Assembly: GCA_038244765.1 (NCBI GenBank)
Contig: JBBRTC010000003.1
Span: 1,332 to 65,331 of the forward strand
Reading direction: 5' to 3'
DNA from: Candidatus Nanopelagicales bacterium
GTDB lineage: Bacteria > Actinomycetota > Actinomycetes > S36-B12 > JBBRLC01
DNA length: 64,000 bases
Shown here piece by piece: positions 9,042 through 19,247 of this stretch (positions within the stretch are counted from its first letter, which is position 1; each line of letters begins with the position of its first letter). The position numbers were made by a program, and so were the translations under genes. The notes below the pieces were generated by a model. It saw nothing but the letters and a program-made list of their open reading frames with translations. It was not told where the DNA came from and ran no database searches.

Positions 9042-11180
9042 ATGGCCGACAAGACCCCCGCGGGAGCCGCGGGCACAGCTCCGGAGGCCGACCAGCCCGC
9101 GAAGATTCGCAATGTCGTGTTGGTTGGCCCATCCGGATCAGGCAAGACCACGTTGGTCGAATCACTCCTCGTCGCCGCGGGGACCATTCCGCGAGCGGGA
9201 CGAGTCGAAGAAGGCACGACCGTCAGCGACTTTGACGAAGCTGAGGTACGCCAACAGCGCTCGGTTTCTTTGGCGCTCGCCCCGCTCATGTTCGACGGGA
9301 TCAAGGTCAATCTGCTCGACACCCCGGGGTACGCCGACTTCGTGGGCGATCTACGAGCGGGGCTGCGCGGTGCCGACGCAGCACTGTTCGTCATTGGGGC
9401 CACCGACGGCGTCGACACTTCCACCGCGATGGTCTGGGACGAGTGCGCCGCCGTCGGGATGCCACGCGCCGTCGTCGTGACGAAACTGGACAAGGAGCGG
9501 GCCGACTTTGACGAAATCGTCGCCGTCGCGGGCCGACTCTTCGGCGACGGCGTGCTGCCGCTGTACCTGCCGATGGCCGCCGATGACGGCAGCGTTGCTG
9601 GGCTGGTCGGATTGCTCTCCCAAAACGTGTCTGACTACTCGTCGGGTGTGCGAGTCGTACGCCCGGCAGAGGGTGAGCATCGCGCTCTCATCGAAGGAAT
9701 CCGTGGAACTCTGATCGAGGGGATCATCGCCGAGAGCGAAGACGAAACGCTGATGGATCGCTATCTCGCCGGAGATGACGTCGAAGTCGAAACCCTGATC
9801 GACGACCTCGAGACAGCCGTTGCGCGCGGATCGTTCTTTCCCGTACTTCCCTCGGCTCTCGTACCAAGTGGCTACGGCTGCGTCGAGATTTTGGAACTCA
9901 TCACCCGTGGCTTCCCCTCCCCGTTGGAACATCCGATGCCACCGGCCACAACTCCGAGCGGAAACCCGCGAGCCCCACTGACATGCGACCCGGACGGCCC
10001 ACTTCTTGCCGAAGCGATCAAAACAACGACAGACCCGTACGTCGGCCGCGTCTCCCTGGTCAGAATCTTTTCAGGGCGGCTCCGACCCGATTCGACTCTG
10101 CACGTGTCTGGTCATTTTGCCTCAGACCTGGGCCACGTTGACCATGACGTGGATGAGCGAGTGGGCGCCGTCTCCTCACCTCTCGGCAAGCACTTGCGAA
10201 CGGTTTCACAGGGCGTGGCCGGCGACATCGTGTCGGTGGCCAAACTGACGCGGGCCGAAACCGGGGACACGTTGTCGTCCAAGGAAGAACCGCTCCTCAT
10301 GGAACCGTGGGTGATGCCCGACCCGTTGCTACCGGTCGCGATTGTGGCGCACTCGAAGGCCGACGACGACAAGATGTCGCAAGGCCTCGGCCGCCTCGTT
10401 GCTGAGGACCCGACCATGCGCCTTGAGAAGAACGCTGAAACTGGGCAACTTGTGTTGTGGTGCATGGGGGAGGCTCACGTCGACGTACTTCTCGACCGCT
10501 TGCGTAACAGGTACGGCATCGCCGTTGACTCGGTGCCAGTTCGCGTGTCGCTTCGCGAAACCTTCGCTGGTCCGAGCAAAGGTCACGGGCGCTTGGTGAA
10601 GCAATCCGGCGGCCATGGGCAATACGCCGTGTGTGACATCGAGGTCGAGCCGTTGCCGCCCGGCAGCGGGTTCGAATTCGTTGACAAGGTGGTGGGCGGT
10701 TCCGTTCCGAGACAGTTCATCCCGAGCGTCGAGAAGGGCGTACGCCAGCAGATGGGTCGCGGAGTCGCGGCCGGCTATCCCCTCGTTGATATTCGGGTGA
10801 CGCTGCTCGACGGCAAGTCCCATTCGGTGGACTCGTCGGACATGGCCTTCCAGCACGCCGGTGGACTCGCATTGCGTGAAGCCGCGGCAGCGAGTGGCGT
10901 GTCACTGCTGGAACCCGTCGATGAAGTCACCGTCTTGGTCTCCGACGAATATGTCGGGTCGGTGATGAGTGACTTGTCTGGAAGGCGGGGCCGTGTCAGC
11001 GGCACCGAGCCGGCCGGCAACGGACGTACGTTGGTGCGCGCTGAGGTTCCGGCGCTGGAATTGACCCGATACGCCATTGAGTTGCGCTCGATGTCACATG
11101 GAACCGCGACTTTTACCCGCCACTATCGGGGCCACGAGCCGATGCCACCACAACTGGCAAAAAAGCTCCAAGCCCAATAG
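9042..11180 (+). CDS. Elongation factor G-like GTPase (EF-G paralogue)
   Basis: G1 GPSGSGKTT, G3 DTPGYADF, NKxD-like TKLD, and EF-G domains II-V. ATG 9042 is preceded by GAGGAGGA. ORF track start 8955 is probably too long. Confidence 0.85.
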   Translation: MADKTPAGAAGTAPEADQPAKIRNVVLVGPSGSGKTTLVESLLVAAGTIPRAGRVEEGTTVSDFDEAEVRQQRSVSLALAPLMFDGIKVNLLDTPGYADFVGDLRAGLRGADAALFVIGATDGVDTSTAMVWDECAAVGMPRAVVVTKLDKERADFDEIVAVAGRLFGDGVLPLYLPMAADDGSVAGLVGLLSQNVSDYSSGVRVVRPAEGEHRALIEGIRGTLIEGIIAESEDETLMDRYLAGDDVEVETLIDDLETAVARGSFFPVLPSALVPSGYGCVEILELITRGFPSPLEHPMPPATTPSGNPRAPLTCDPDGPLLAEAIKTTTDPYVGRVSLVRIFSGRLRPDSTLHVSGHFASDLGHVDHDVDERVGAVSSPLGKHLRTVSQGVAGDIVSVAKLTRAETGDTLSSKEEPLLMEPWVMPDPLLPVAIVAHSKADDDKMSQGLGRLVAEDPTMRLEKNAETGQLVLWCMGEAHVDVLLDRLRNRYGIAVDSVPVRVSLRETFAGPSKGHGRLVKQSGGHGQYAVCDIEVEPLPPGSGFEFVDKVVGGSVPRQFIPSVEKGVRQQMGRGVAAGYPLVDIRVTLLDGKSHSVDSSDMAFQHAGGLALREAAAASGVSLLEPVDEVTVLVSDEYVGSVMSDLSGRRGRVSGTEPAGNGRTLVRAEVPALELTRYAIELRSMSHGTATFTRHYRGHEPMPPQLAKKLQAQ

Positions 11181-11206
11181 CCCACTGGGTTGCGTCCGTG
11201 GGCAGA

Positions 11207-11719
11207 TCAGGCGCCCCATGCTTGGGCGAGGAGTTCGCGAGTACGTCCAAGCAACTCGGGCATCGTCTTGGTGCCACCGATCACCGGCATGAAGTTGGTG
11301 TCTCCGCTCCAGCGGGGAACCACATGTTGATGCAGGTGCCCAGCGATCCCAGCTCCACCGGCGTTGCCCTGATTCATCCCGATGTTGAAACCCTGCGCGC
11401 CCGAGACCGCGCGAAGCACGGTCATCGCCTTCGCGGTGAGCGAGGCGACCTCGCTCGTCTCCCCAGGCGTCAATTCGGTGTAGTCAGGGACGTGGCGATA
11501 CGGACACACGAGCAGATGCCCTGCGTTGTACGGGTAGAGATTGAGTACGACGTAGACGACCTCGCCGCGAGCCACGACGAGGTCCTCGTCACCGGTGAGT
11601 AACGGTGCTCGACAGAAGGCGCACTCATCACCGGCATCTTGGTGGTTCGGCTTGTTTTCCCCGAGGATGTATGCCATCCGATGGGGAGTCCACAGCCGGT
11701 CCCAATCCGATACACCCAC
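11207..11719 (-). CDS. HIT family protein (Ap4A phosphorylase / Rv2613c-like)
   Basis: Histidine triad GHLHQHVVPRW. Conserved position upstream of thrS... downstream neighbours. Confidence 0.8.
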   Translation of the reverse strand: MGVSDWDRLWTPHRMAYILGENKPNHQDAGDECAFCRAPLLTGDEDLVVARGEVVYVVLNLYPYNAGHLLVCPYRHVPDYTELTPGETSEVASLTAKAMTVLRAVSGAQGFNIGMNQGNAGGAGIAGHLHQHVVPRWSGDTNFMPVIGGTKTMPELLGRTRELLAQAWGA

Positions 11720-11728
11720 GATCGACCC

Positions 11729-13726
11729 TCAAACCTGAGCGCGCGCTGTGATCGCAGCCACAATTTCGGCCACCGCATCATCGATGGACACGCCGTTTTT
11801 CTGCTCGCCACTTCGATACCGGAACGACACCGCTGACGCACTTACGTCGTCATCACCAGCGAGCAACATGTATGGGATCTTTTGCCTCTGCGCGGTGCGA
11901 ATCTTTTTCTGCATCCGATCATCGGAGCGATCCACCTCAACGCGTACACCCGCGGCACGTAACATGACGGCTACTTCATCGAGGTATGCCACGTGAGTTT
12001 CGGTGATGGGAATGCACACAACTTGCACCGGAGCGAGCCACACCGGGAATGCGCCGGCATAGTGCTCCAACAACACAGCGAAGAATCGCTCGATGGAGCC
12101 AAACATCGCGCGGTGAATCATCACCGGTTGCTGTCGACTTCCGTCGGGAGCCGTGTACTCCAACTCAAACCGCTGTGGTTGGTTGAAGTCGACCTGGATC
12201 GTGGACATCTGCCACGTGCGTCCAATCGCGTCACGGGCCTGGACCGAAATCTTCGGCCCATAGAACGCGGCACCCTCCGGGTCCGGAACCAACTCGAGGC
12301 CACTCTCCTTCGCCGCGTCTGCCAGAGCCGCAGTGGCCTCGGCCCAGTCATCATCGGTGCCGATGGACTTCTCGGGATCGCGAGTCGACAATTCGAGGTA
12401 GAAGTCATCGAGCCCATAGTCACGCAATAGGTCGAGGACAAAATCCAAGAGCGACTTGAGTTCTCCGCCCATCTGCTCGCGGGCGCAATAAATGTGCGCA
12501 TCATCTTGGGTGAAACCTCGCGCACGAGTGAGACCGTGAACAACGCCGGACTTTTCGTACCGATAGACAGTGCCAAATTCGAACAACCGCAACGGCAACT
12601 CGCGATAAGACCGTCCGCGCGAACGAAAAATCAAGTTATGCATCGGGCAGTTCATCGGCTTGAGGTAGTACTCCTGCGCCACCCGCCGGACGTGCCCTTC
12701 CGAGTCGATGTCGGCATCGAGCAACATCGGCGGGTACATGCTTTCGGCGTACCACTGCAGGTGCCCACTGGTTTCAAACAACTGCGCCTTGGTCACATGC
12801 GGGGAGTAAACAAACTCGTAGCCCGCTTCTTCGTGGCGATCTCGCGAGTACGCCTCCATCTCCCGGCGCACCACACCGCCCTTGGGATGAAACACCGCCA
12901 ACCCCGAACCGATCTCTTCCGGGAATGAGAACAAATCGAGTTCGGTTCCCAATCGTCGGTGGTCGCGCTTCTCCGCCTCCTCCAAGAACGAGAGGTAAGC
13001 CTTCAGCGCGTCGCGGTCCGGCCACGCTGTGCCATAGACCCGCTGCAACTGCGGGTTCTTTTCACTCCCCCGCCAGTACGCCGCCGCCGTACGCATCAGC
13101 TTGAAAGCGGGAATAAGCCGAGTCGTCGGCAGGTGTGGACCGCGGCACAAATCGCCCCACACTCGCTCGCCGGACTTGGCATTGATGTTGTCGTAGATAG
13201 TGAGCTGAGTTCCGCCAACTTCCATCACGTCGTCGGCGGCGCCACCTTTCAAGCCGATCAATTCACACTTGTACGGCTCGTGCGCCAACTCCTTGCGGGC
13301 TTCATCTTCGGTGACAACTCGACGCGAAAACCGCTGTCCCGCCTTGGTAATCTCTTGCATTCGTTTTTCGAGCTTCACCAGGTCTTCGGGGGTGAACGGC
13401 GTGTTCACGTCGAAGTCGTAGTAGAAGCCGTCCTTGATTGGGGGGCCAATCCCAAGCTTTGCATCCGGGAACAAGTCTTGAACAGCTTGGGCCAGCACGT
13501 GAGCGGTCGAATGACGCAGCACGTCAAGACCGTCTTCGGAGTCGATGAGCACGGGCTCCACCGAGTCGCCGTCTGCAACTTCGTGGGCCAGATCGCGCAA
13601 TTCGCCGTTGACCCGCGCAACCACAACCCAGCGATCCTCGAACAGGTCTGCGTACGTCGTACCTGAGTCCACCGTCTGGTCAACCTGCTCAGAACCAGAA
13701 CCCACGGCGACACGTACTGACGACAC
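11729..13726 (-). CDS. thrS: Threonine--tRNA ligase
   Basis: 665 aa. TGS, editing, class II core and anticodon-binding domains are recognisable ([19 protein letters not shown]). Confidence 0.95.
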   Translation of the reverse strand: MSSVRVAVGSGSEQVDQTVDSGTTYADLFEDRWVVVARVNGELRDLAHEVADGDSVEPVLIDSEDGLDVLRHSTAHVLAQAVQDLFPDAKLGIGPPIKDGFYYDFDVNTPFTPEDLVKLEKRMQEITKAGQRFSRRVVTEDEARKELAHEPYKCELIGLKGGAADDVMEVGGTQLTIYDNINAKSGERVWGDLCRGPHLPTTRLIPAFKLMRTAAAYWRGSEKNPQLQRVYGTAWPDRDALKAYLSFLEEAEKRDHRRLGTELDLFSFPEEIGSGLAVFHPKGGVVRREMEAYSRDRHEEAGYEFVYSPHVTKAQLFETSGHLQWYAESMYPPMLLDADIDSEGHVRRVAQEYYLKPMNCPMHNLIFRSRGRSYRELPLRLFEFGTVYRYEKSGVVHGLTRARGFTQDDAHIYCAREQMGGELKSLLDFVLDLLRDYGLDDFYLELSTRDPEKSIGTDDDWAEATAALADAAKESGLELVPDPEGAAFYGPKISVQARDAIGRTWQMSTIQVDFNQPQRFELEYTAPDGSRQQPVMIHRAMFGSIERFFAVLLEHYAGAFPVWLAPVQVVCIPITETHVAYLDEVAVMLRAAGVRVEVDRSDDRMQKKIRTAQRQKIPYMLLAGDDDVSASAVSFRYRSGEQKNGVSIDDAVAEIVAAITARAQV

Positions 13727-13805
13727 GACTACTCCACTCTGTTGTGACCTCGCTGATCGTGCACCCGCGGCGCGCGACGCCCGATGCTACCGGCGGAGGT
13801 CGCGA

Positions 13806-15152
13806 TCAGCGTGCGTAGAAACCCACCCGCATCAGCCGTCCGTCGTATGTGACGACCCAGAGCTCCTGCCCCGGGCCCGTTCCAAAGGCGGTAAGACCGC
13901 GAGCGGAGCCGATCCGCGAGACGATGCCGGATCGGTAGGCGACCACGTTGCCGGTGACAAAGTCGCCCGCCACATAAGTCCCGGCGGCCAAGGAGGCGTA
14001 CTTGGTGCCTCGATAGACGTAGCCGCCGATGAGGGCCTCCGCGCCGGAGAGCTCGGTGCACCCGGCGACGTTGTCGGGGTGGCACCGTTCGAAGACCGGG
14101 TTGCTGTAGCGGGTGCCCGCACTGCACCGGCTCGAGTTGTAGGTGTGGAGGCCTTCGCGACACGACCAACCAAAGTTCAAGCCACGTGCGTGGGGCGACG
14201 CATAGTTGACTTCCTCCCAGCGATTCTGACCTACGTCGCCGATCCACAGCGCGCGCGTCACGGAGTCAAACGACCAACGCCACGGATTGCGAAGTCCGAT
14301 GTGCAGAATCTCCCGGCGAAAGGAGCCAGACCGGGCGTACGGGTTACTCGGCGGGATGCAGTATCGACGCGTTCCGCACCGTGAGGTCGCATTGATCCGC
14401 AACATCTTTCCCGACAGGGATTTGCGGTTCTGCGCGTTGGCGTAGGGATCCCCGCCGCCGCCGCCATCACCGGTTCCGAGGTAGAGCAGGCCATCGGAGT
14501 TGAATCCAATCTGCCCGCCGTTGTGATTCTGTTGACCCGGATGCGGTACGACGAGGACCGTGCGCAACGTTGTCGTCGAGACACGGCTCGAACTTGCGCG
14601 GGTCGCTTTCACGCGCGCCAACACCAACGCATTGTCAGTGCGCGTGTAGGTCACCCAGATGTAGGGCGACGTGGCAAAGCGCGGACTGAACGCAACGCCC
14701 AGCAATCCTTGCTCACCGCCCGACGAGTTCACATAGCGACGCAGATCGAGGTAGTAGCCGCGCTGGGCATGACCACGCGCAACGACCCTGATCGTGCCCC
14801 GCCGTTCGGCGACGAACATCCGACCTGACGAATCTGGCGGCGTACCGGTCCAGATCGGTTGGGCAAAACCATGGGCTTGGAGCCGGAAGTAGATGTGCAA
14901 GTGGGCCGGGGCCACCGGTGTCGTACGCACTGTGGTGCTAGCGCGAACAGCGGTCGTTGGCCCAGAGACCGCCGGAGTGCTGCTCCCTTGAGCCGGTGCG
15001 GCAACCACGGAGGCCAGGATCGCGGTACCGATCGCGGCAATAACCATGCGTCGACGAATCGGCTGGAAGGGCGTGTTGAACGGGCGGGGGAAGTCAGCTC
15101 CAAGAGGCATGCGCGCATCATCGCCTGTACCCCCACGACGATTGACGTTCAT
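13806..15152 (-). CDS. Secreted PQQ-dependent sugar (glucose/sorbosone) dehydrogenase family protein
   Basis: Signal-like N-terminus (RRRMVIAAIGTAILASVVAAPAQG). GGQIGFNSDGLLYLGTGDGGGGGDPYANAQN...GKMLRI is typical of the GSDH beta-propeller family. ATG 15152 preferred over TTG 15173. Confidence 0.75.
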   Translation of the reverse strand: MNVNRRGGTGDDARMPLGADFPRPFNTPFQPIRRRMVIAAIGTAILASVVAAPAQGSSTPAVSGPTTAVRASTTVRTTPVAPAHLHIYFRLQAHGFAQPIWTGTPPDSSGRMFVAERRGTIRVVARGHAQRGYYLDLRRYVNSSGGEQGLLGVAFSPRFATSPYIWVTYTRTDNALVLARVKATRASSSRVSTTTLRTVLVVPHPGQQNHNGGQIGFNSDGLLYLGTGDGGGGGDPYANAQNRKSLSGKMLRINATSRCGTRRYCIPPSNPYARSGSFRREILHIGLRNPWRWSFDSVTRALWIGDVGQNRWEEVNYASPHARGLNFGWSCREGLHTYNSSRCSAGTRYSNPVFERCHPDNVAGCTELSGAEALIGGYVYRGTKYASLAAGTYVAGDFVTGNVVAYRSGIVSRIGSARGLTAFGTGPGQELWVVTYDGRLMRVGFYAR

Positions 15153-15178
15153 CGCCCGTCTAGCGGCACCCAAATGCC

Positions 15179-15242
15179 AAGTTGATCATGGAGTTATGCA
15201 GGCCATTTGGTCGAATACCGCGCAAAAATCCATGATCCACTT
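15179..15242. repeat. Palindromic intergenic element, copy 1
   Basis: AAGTTGATCATGGA-N36-TCCATGATCCACTT: 14-nt terminal inverted repeat with one mismatch. Same arm sequence and same 36-nt spacer length as the copy at 35286-35349. Confidence 0.8.
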
Positions 15243-15258
15243 CGGATTGAAGCAGCTG

Positions 15259-15333
15259 TGGTGGGCGATACTGGGTTCGAACCAGTGACCTCTCCGGTGT
15301 GAGCGGAGCGCTCTACCACTGAGCTAATCGCCC
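15259..15333 (-). tRNA. tRNA-Val (anticodon CAC), CCA encoded
   Basis: Reverse complement folds by hand into a cloverleaf: gggcgat/atcgccc acceptor, gctc..gagc D stem, ctccg-CTCACAC-cggag anticodon arm, actgg-ttcgaac-ccagt T arm. Confidence 0.9.
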
Positions 15334-15364
15334 GCGGAGCCGTACGGCTCCTGGGCCGCGAATG

Positions 15365-16876
15365 TTAGCGCACCCCTGTTGCTGTCGACGTCGTCCGCTC
15401 GGCGGGCGAACCGACGATTGGCGCACCGCGTGACTGCCCCAGTTGCTCGCCGAGTCGCCGGCCAAGTGCGCGGCCGTGTACCAACGCCGGCGTGATCAGC
15501 ATCCCGGAGCAGAACGATTGCCCGGTCGTGGCTGCGGCACCGATGACCTCGCCCACGGCGTAGAACCCATCGATTGTGGTCCCGTCATCACGGCGTACTC
15601 GCATCTGTCCGTCGACGTCGAGACCGACGAAGGTCACCAGCGTCACCCCGTGATTTTCGAGCGCATAAAACGGAGGTTCTTCGATCCGGGCTGGCAGGTG
15701 TCTACGACCGAAGTCAGCGTCGACTCCGCTCGTCACCATCTCGTTGTAGCGATCGACCGCGGCGCGCAATGCATCGGCGTCAATGCCCGCGTGTACCGCA
15801 AGTTCGTCGAGAGTCTCTGCACTCGACACGCCAAGGCGAGTATTGGCGTGAGCACGTAGGTCGTCGGCCGTCCAGTTGACGACGATGGTTCCGCTCTCTC
15901 GGACGGCTCGTTCATCGAAAATGGACCAGAAGGCCAGGTCACCGCCGTGTCCAACTAACGCGCGCTCTTTTGCGTCAATGCTGGGGTTGTCTTCGGCGAC
16001 CCAACGGAGCCCGTCACGATCGATGTAGATCTCCCACGGGTCGCGTTCCGAGGTGAAAAGCGGGCGCTCTTCCCACTGGACGCGACCCGGGGTATTCGGG
16101 TGCGGCAATCCGCCAAAAGTCGGCAGATACACATCCTCACCCTGCAATCCCGCACCAATGGCTCGGCCCAGTTCGATGCCGTCGCCGGTCGACGTGGCAT
16201 GCGAGCCAGAGACCAGCGGCAATCCCACGAGTTCGGCAAACATCTCGGCGTTGTTCCCGAAGCCTCCCGTGGCCATGACCGTCCCAGCGGCGCTCACCTC
16301 AACGTCGGCGCCCTGACGCAGCACCGTCGCACCGACGACTCGCTCATTCCTCAGGGTGAGTCCGATGCACGGGGTATCGGTCCACAGCGTGATTCGCCCC
16401 GCCGCAACGTGCTCGTCCAGGAGCGGTTTGAAGACCGCCAGAATCGAAAGTCCGGCGTCGACGCCGTAGTAAGTCCGCGCGATCCGGTACGGCTCGTGAC
16501 CAAAGATGATCCGAGGGGTGCCGGGTGCGAATGCGAAGCCGTGATCGTCGAGCCAATCAACCAGGTCGGCGGCTCCGTCGATCACTGGTACGACAATGTC
16601 TTCGCGAAAGTTGTCGAAAGTGATCCGACGTACATCAACCAGAAACTCTTGTGGCGAATCCTCGATGCCATGCTCCCGTTGACGACGGGTGCCCGCGGCA
16701 ACGACGTGTCCGCCTGTCGTGTGCAACGTGCCGCCAATGCGGGTGTCCTTGTCGACGAGCAAGACGCGCGCACCGCGGTCAGCGGCCTCGATCGCCACCG
16801 GCAGCCCGGCCGTTCCAGCGCCAATCACCAACAAGTCGACGTCAACATCGGGGTGATCACTGCTGAACGCCCGCAC
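15365..16876 (-). CDS. FAD-dependent oxidoreductase (FAD_binding_2 / fumarate reductase-KstD-like flavoprotein)
   Basis: Dinucleotide fold DLLVIGAGTAGLPVAIEAADRGARVLLVDKD and C-terminal FAD motif GFYAVGEV. Confidence 0.75.
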   Translation of the reverse strand: MRAFSSDHPDVDVDLLVIGAGTAGLPVAIEAADRGARVLLVDKDTRIGGTLHTTGGHVVAAGTRRQREHGIEDSPQEFLVDVRRITFDNFREDIVVPVIDGAADLVDWLDDHGFAFAPGTPRIIFGHEPYRIARTYYGVDAGLSILAVFKPLLDEHVAAGRITLWTDTPCIGLTLRNERVVGATVLRQGADVEVSAAGTVMATGGFGNNAEMFAELVGLPLVSGSHATSTGDGIELGRAIGAGLQGEDVYLPTFGGLPHPNTPGRVQWEERPLFTSERDPWEIYIDRDGLRWVAEDNPSIDAKERALVGHGGDLAFWSIFDERAVRESGTIVVNWTADDLRAHANTRLGVSSAETLDELAVHAGIDADALRAAVDRYNEMVTSGVDADFGRRHLPARIEEPPFYALENHGVTLVTFVGLDVDGQMRVRRDDGTTIDGFYAVGEVIGAAATTGQSFCSGMLITPALVHGRALGRRLGEQLGQSRGAPIVGSPAERTTSTATGVR

Positions 16877-16881
16877 GATGA

Positions 16882-17352
16882 TCAGGATTCCAAACCAAGG
16901 CGCATGTGCGTGCTCGTCGCCCTAAATCCCAACGACTGGTAAAGAAACCGCGCGACGTCGTTATTGGCCCACACATTGAGGTGGACCGCCCCTGCGCCAG
17001 CGATTCTCGCTTCCGTTGTCAGGGCCTCCATCGCTGCGCGACCCAAACCTCGTCCCCTAAACGCCTTGAAAATTTCGACGTCGCTCAGGTGCAGAACACA
17101 CAACCCGTCCTCCACCTGCACACGCCAAATGAGTGAGCCAACGACGTGTCCCTCGGATTCGACATGCCGCCAGTCGTTGTCTTCGTTGGCCGCGACGGAG
17201 TCGTAGTCACGGTTGGCCTTGACGCGTGCTTGGGCGGCGTCGAGCGCTCCGGCGCGGACAATGTCGGTGATGTACCCCTCGACTGCGTGATCGCGGTAGA
17301 TGCGCTTCTCGCCGATAGTCATCTTGCGCAGAACGACTACTGGCGCCTTCAT
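16882..17352 (-). CDS. GNAT family N-acetyltransferase
   Basis: Acetyl-CoA motif FRGRGLGRAAMEAL. 156 aa. 4-nt overlap with the upstream gene. Confidence 0.8.
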   Translation of the reverse strand: MKAPVVVLRKMTIGEKRIYRDHAVEGYITDIVRAGALDAAQARVKANRDYDSVAANEDNDWRHVESEGHVVGSLIWRVQVEDGLCVLHLSDVEIFKAFRGRGLGRAAMEALTTEARIAGAGAVHLNVWANNDVARFLYQSLGFRATSTHMRLGLES

Positions 17353-18176
17353 GGGTCGAGGTCCTCACCGGATCGTTCGGCGAATGTTGCCGCGATCTGG
17401 GCAGTGATTGGCCCCGGAGCTGCCAGCTGGGCGGCGTCAACTTCGTGGACGGGGTGCACATCGCGCGTTGACGAAGTGAGAAAGACTTCGTCTGCAGCGA
17501 CCAGGTCGTCCATGGACAAGTCCGCCTCGACCGCATCGGTCCACTCGAGCACCAACTCGCGAGTGATTCCGGGCAACGCTCCACTGGCCAGAATTGGCGT
17601 GAGCGCGACCCCGTCGCGGACAATGAATATGTTGGAACCTGTTCCTTCGCACAGTTGACCCGCGGTGTTGGCCAGGATCGCTTCCGATGCGCCTTGACTC
17701 TTTGCCCGCGCCAAGGCGACGACGTTCTCGGCGTACGACGTCGTCTTGAGTCCGGTGACGGATGAGTGCTCATTGCGGCGCCAAGGAACAGTCGCGATGG
17801 TCGTCGTCGCGGGCCATGGCTTGGACGCCGAAGCGGCAACGAGCAAGGTCGGTGCGCCGGTCCCGCGGTCGGAGCCGAGTGCCGATTCGCCCGCTGTGTA
17901 GGTGATCCGTAGTCGCGCAAAACCCCCGAGTCCCTCGCGGTTGGCCGCCACGACCTCGTCGATCGCTCGGCGTACCAGATCGGACCGTGGGGCCACTAGC
18001 CCGAGGCCCGCGGCTGAGTCACCGAGCCGGCGCAGATGACGCGAGACGGCGAATGGCTGACCGCCGACAATCTTCAGCGTCTCAAAGACCCCATCAGCGA
18101 CCGTTAACCCTCGATCGAAAACCGAGACGTGGGCATCGCGCTCGTCGACGAGCGAGTCGCCGATCCAAACCAACAC
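17349..18176 (-). CDS. Class IV aminotransferase family, aminodeoxychorismate lyase-like
   Basis: DRGLTVADGVFETLK..., typical PabC/IlvE-fold N-terminus. Immediately downstream of a PabB-like gene. Confidence 0.75.
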   Translation of the reverse strand: MLVWIGDSLVDERDAHVSVFDRGLTVADGVFETLKIVGGQPFAVSRHLRRLGDSAAGLGLVAPRSDLVRRAIDEVVAANREGLGGFARLRITYTAGESALGSDRGTGAPTLLVAASASKPWPATTTIATVPWRRNEHSSVTGLKTTSYAENVVALARAKSQGASEAILANTAGQLCEGTGSNIFIVRDGVALTPILASGALPGITRELVLEWTDAVEADLSMDDLVAADEVFLTSSTRDVHPVHEVDAAQLAAPGPITAQIAATFAERSGEDLDP

Positions 18177-18185
18177 GCAGTCCTC

Positions 18186-19238
18186 CTATCGGCTGGGAGC
18201 CTCCCACGAGCCCGCAGCGACCTGAAGCAGGTGGGCAGCCTTCACCTCGGTCTCGTCCCACTCGTCGCCGGGATCACTTCCCCACGTGATGCCCGCCCCG
18301 GTGCCGAAGTGGAGCAAGTCCCCTTCACGCCAGAACGTTCGGATACCCACCGCGAGTTCTCCGATCTGATGGTCGGCGTCCACCCAACCGATCGCACCGC
18401 AGTACGGCCCGCGTTCGGCGGTCTCGAGGTCTTCGATGATTTTGACGGCGCTGGACTTCGGCGCACCGCTCACGGAACCCGGCGGGAAGGAGGCACCGAT
18501 CAATTCGCTCCACCCGCATTCTTCGCGCAAGTTGCCCGTCACCGTTGAGACCAGGTGAACTAAACCGGGATGCGACTCCTCGACAAGAAGCTCGGGAACG
18601 TGAACCGAACCGGTTTCACAGACCACGCCCAGATCGTTGCGCACGAGGTCGACAATCATGATGTTTTCCGCTTCATCCTTGGCAGCGAAATGGCCTGCGG
18701 CACGAGCGGTTCCCTTGATCGGGCGCGACCGCACGACCGGTCCGCGTCGCCCGAGATACAACTCCGGCGATGCGGATACCACCTGCACTCCCGCGTCGGG
18801 CAAGTTCGCGTGCGCATAGCCATCGACGGAGATGACTCCACCGTAGGGCGCGGGATTTCCCTTTCGTACCAGTCGATGTAGGCCGGTGATATGCGCCCCG
18901 GCGCGGTGATCTGGAAGCGATGTCGAGAGAACTCGACAGATGTTGACTTGATACACGCTCCCCTGTGCGATGAGTTCTCGTACGTCGCTTACGCGAGCGA
19001 GATAGTCCTCACGTGTCATCGACGACGACCATTCGTTGGCCGAGGGTCCGACCCAGCTTCCGCCCGGCAGTTCGTCGCGACGTACGTCGGCGAAGCGCAG
19101 GCAGACGATGTCACCTTCGTAGGTGATTCGTACCGCCCACCAACCTGTCGAGTCCAGCGCCGTGAGATCAGCGGTGACGTCGACAAGTTCGCGCGCGACG
19201 AAATCACCAAATGATGCAACGGCAAGCGATGCGTCCAT
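18186..19238 (-). CDS. Chorismate-binding enzyme, aminodeoxychorismate synthase component I-like (short form, 350 aa)
   Basis: Chorismate-binding core: SASPELYL, PIKGTA, SGAPK, ERGPYCGAIGW, GAGITWGSDP. Confidence 0.75.
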   Translation of the reverse strand: MDASLAVASFGDFVARELVDVTADLTALDSTGWWAVRITYEGDIVCLRFADVRRDELPGGSWVGPSANEWSSSMTREDYLARVSDVRELIAQGSVYQVNICRVLSTSLPDHRAGAHITGLHRLVRKGNPAPYGGVISVDGYAHANLPDAGVQVVSASPELYLGRRGPVVRSRPIKGTARAAGHFAAKDEAENIMIVDLVRNDLGVVCETGSVHVPELLVEESHPGLVHLVSTVTGNLREECGWSELIGASFPPGSVSGAPKSSAVKIIEDLETAERGPYCGAIGWVDADHQIGELAVGIRTFWREGDLLHFGTGAGITWGSDPGDEWDETEVKAAHLLQVAAGSWEAPSR

Positions 19239-19247
19239 GGCACGCCG

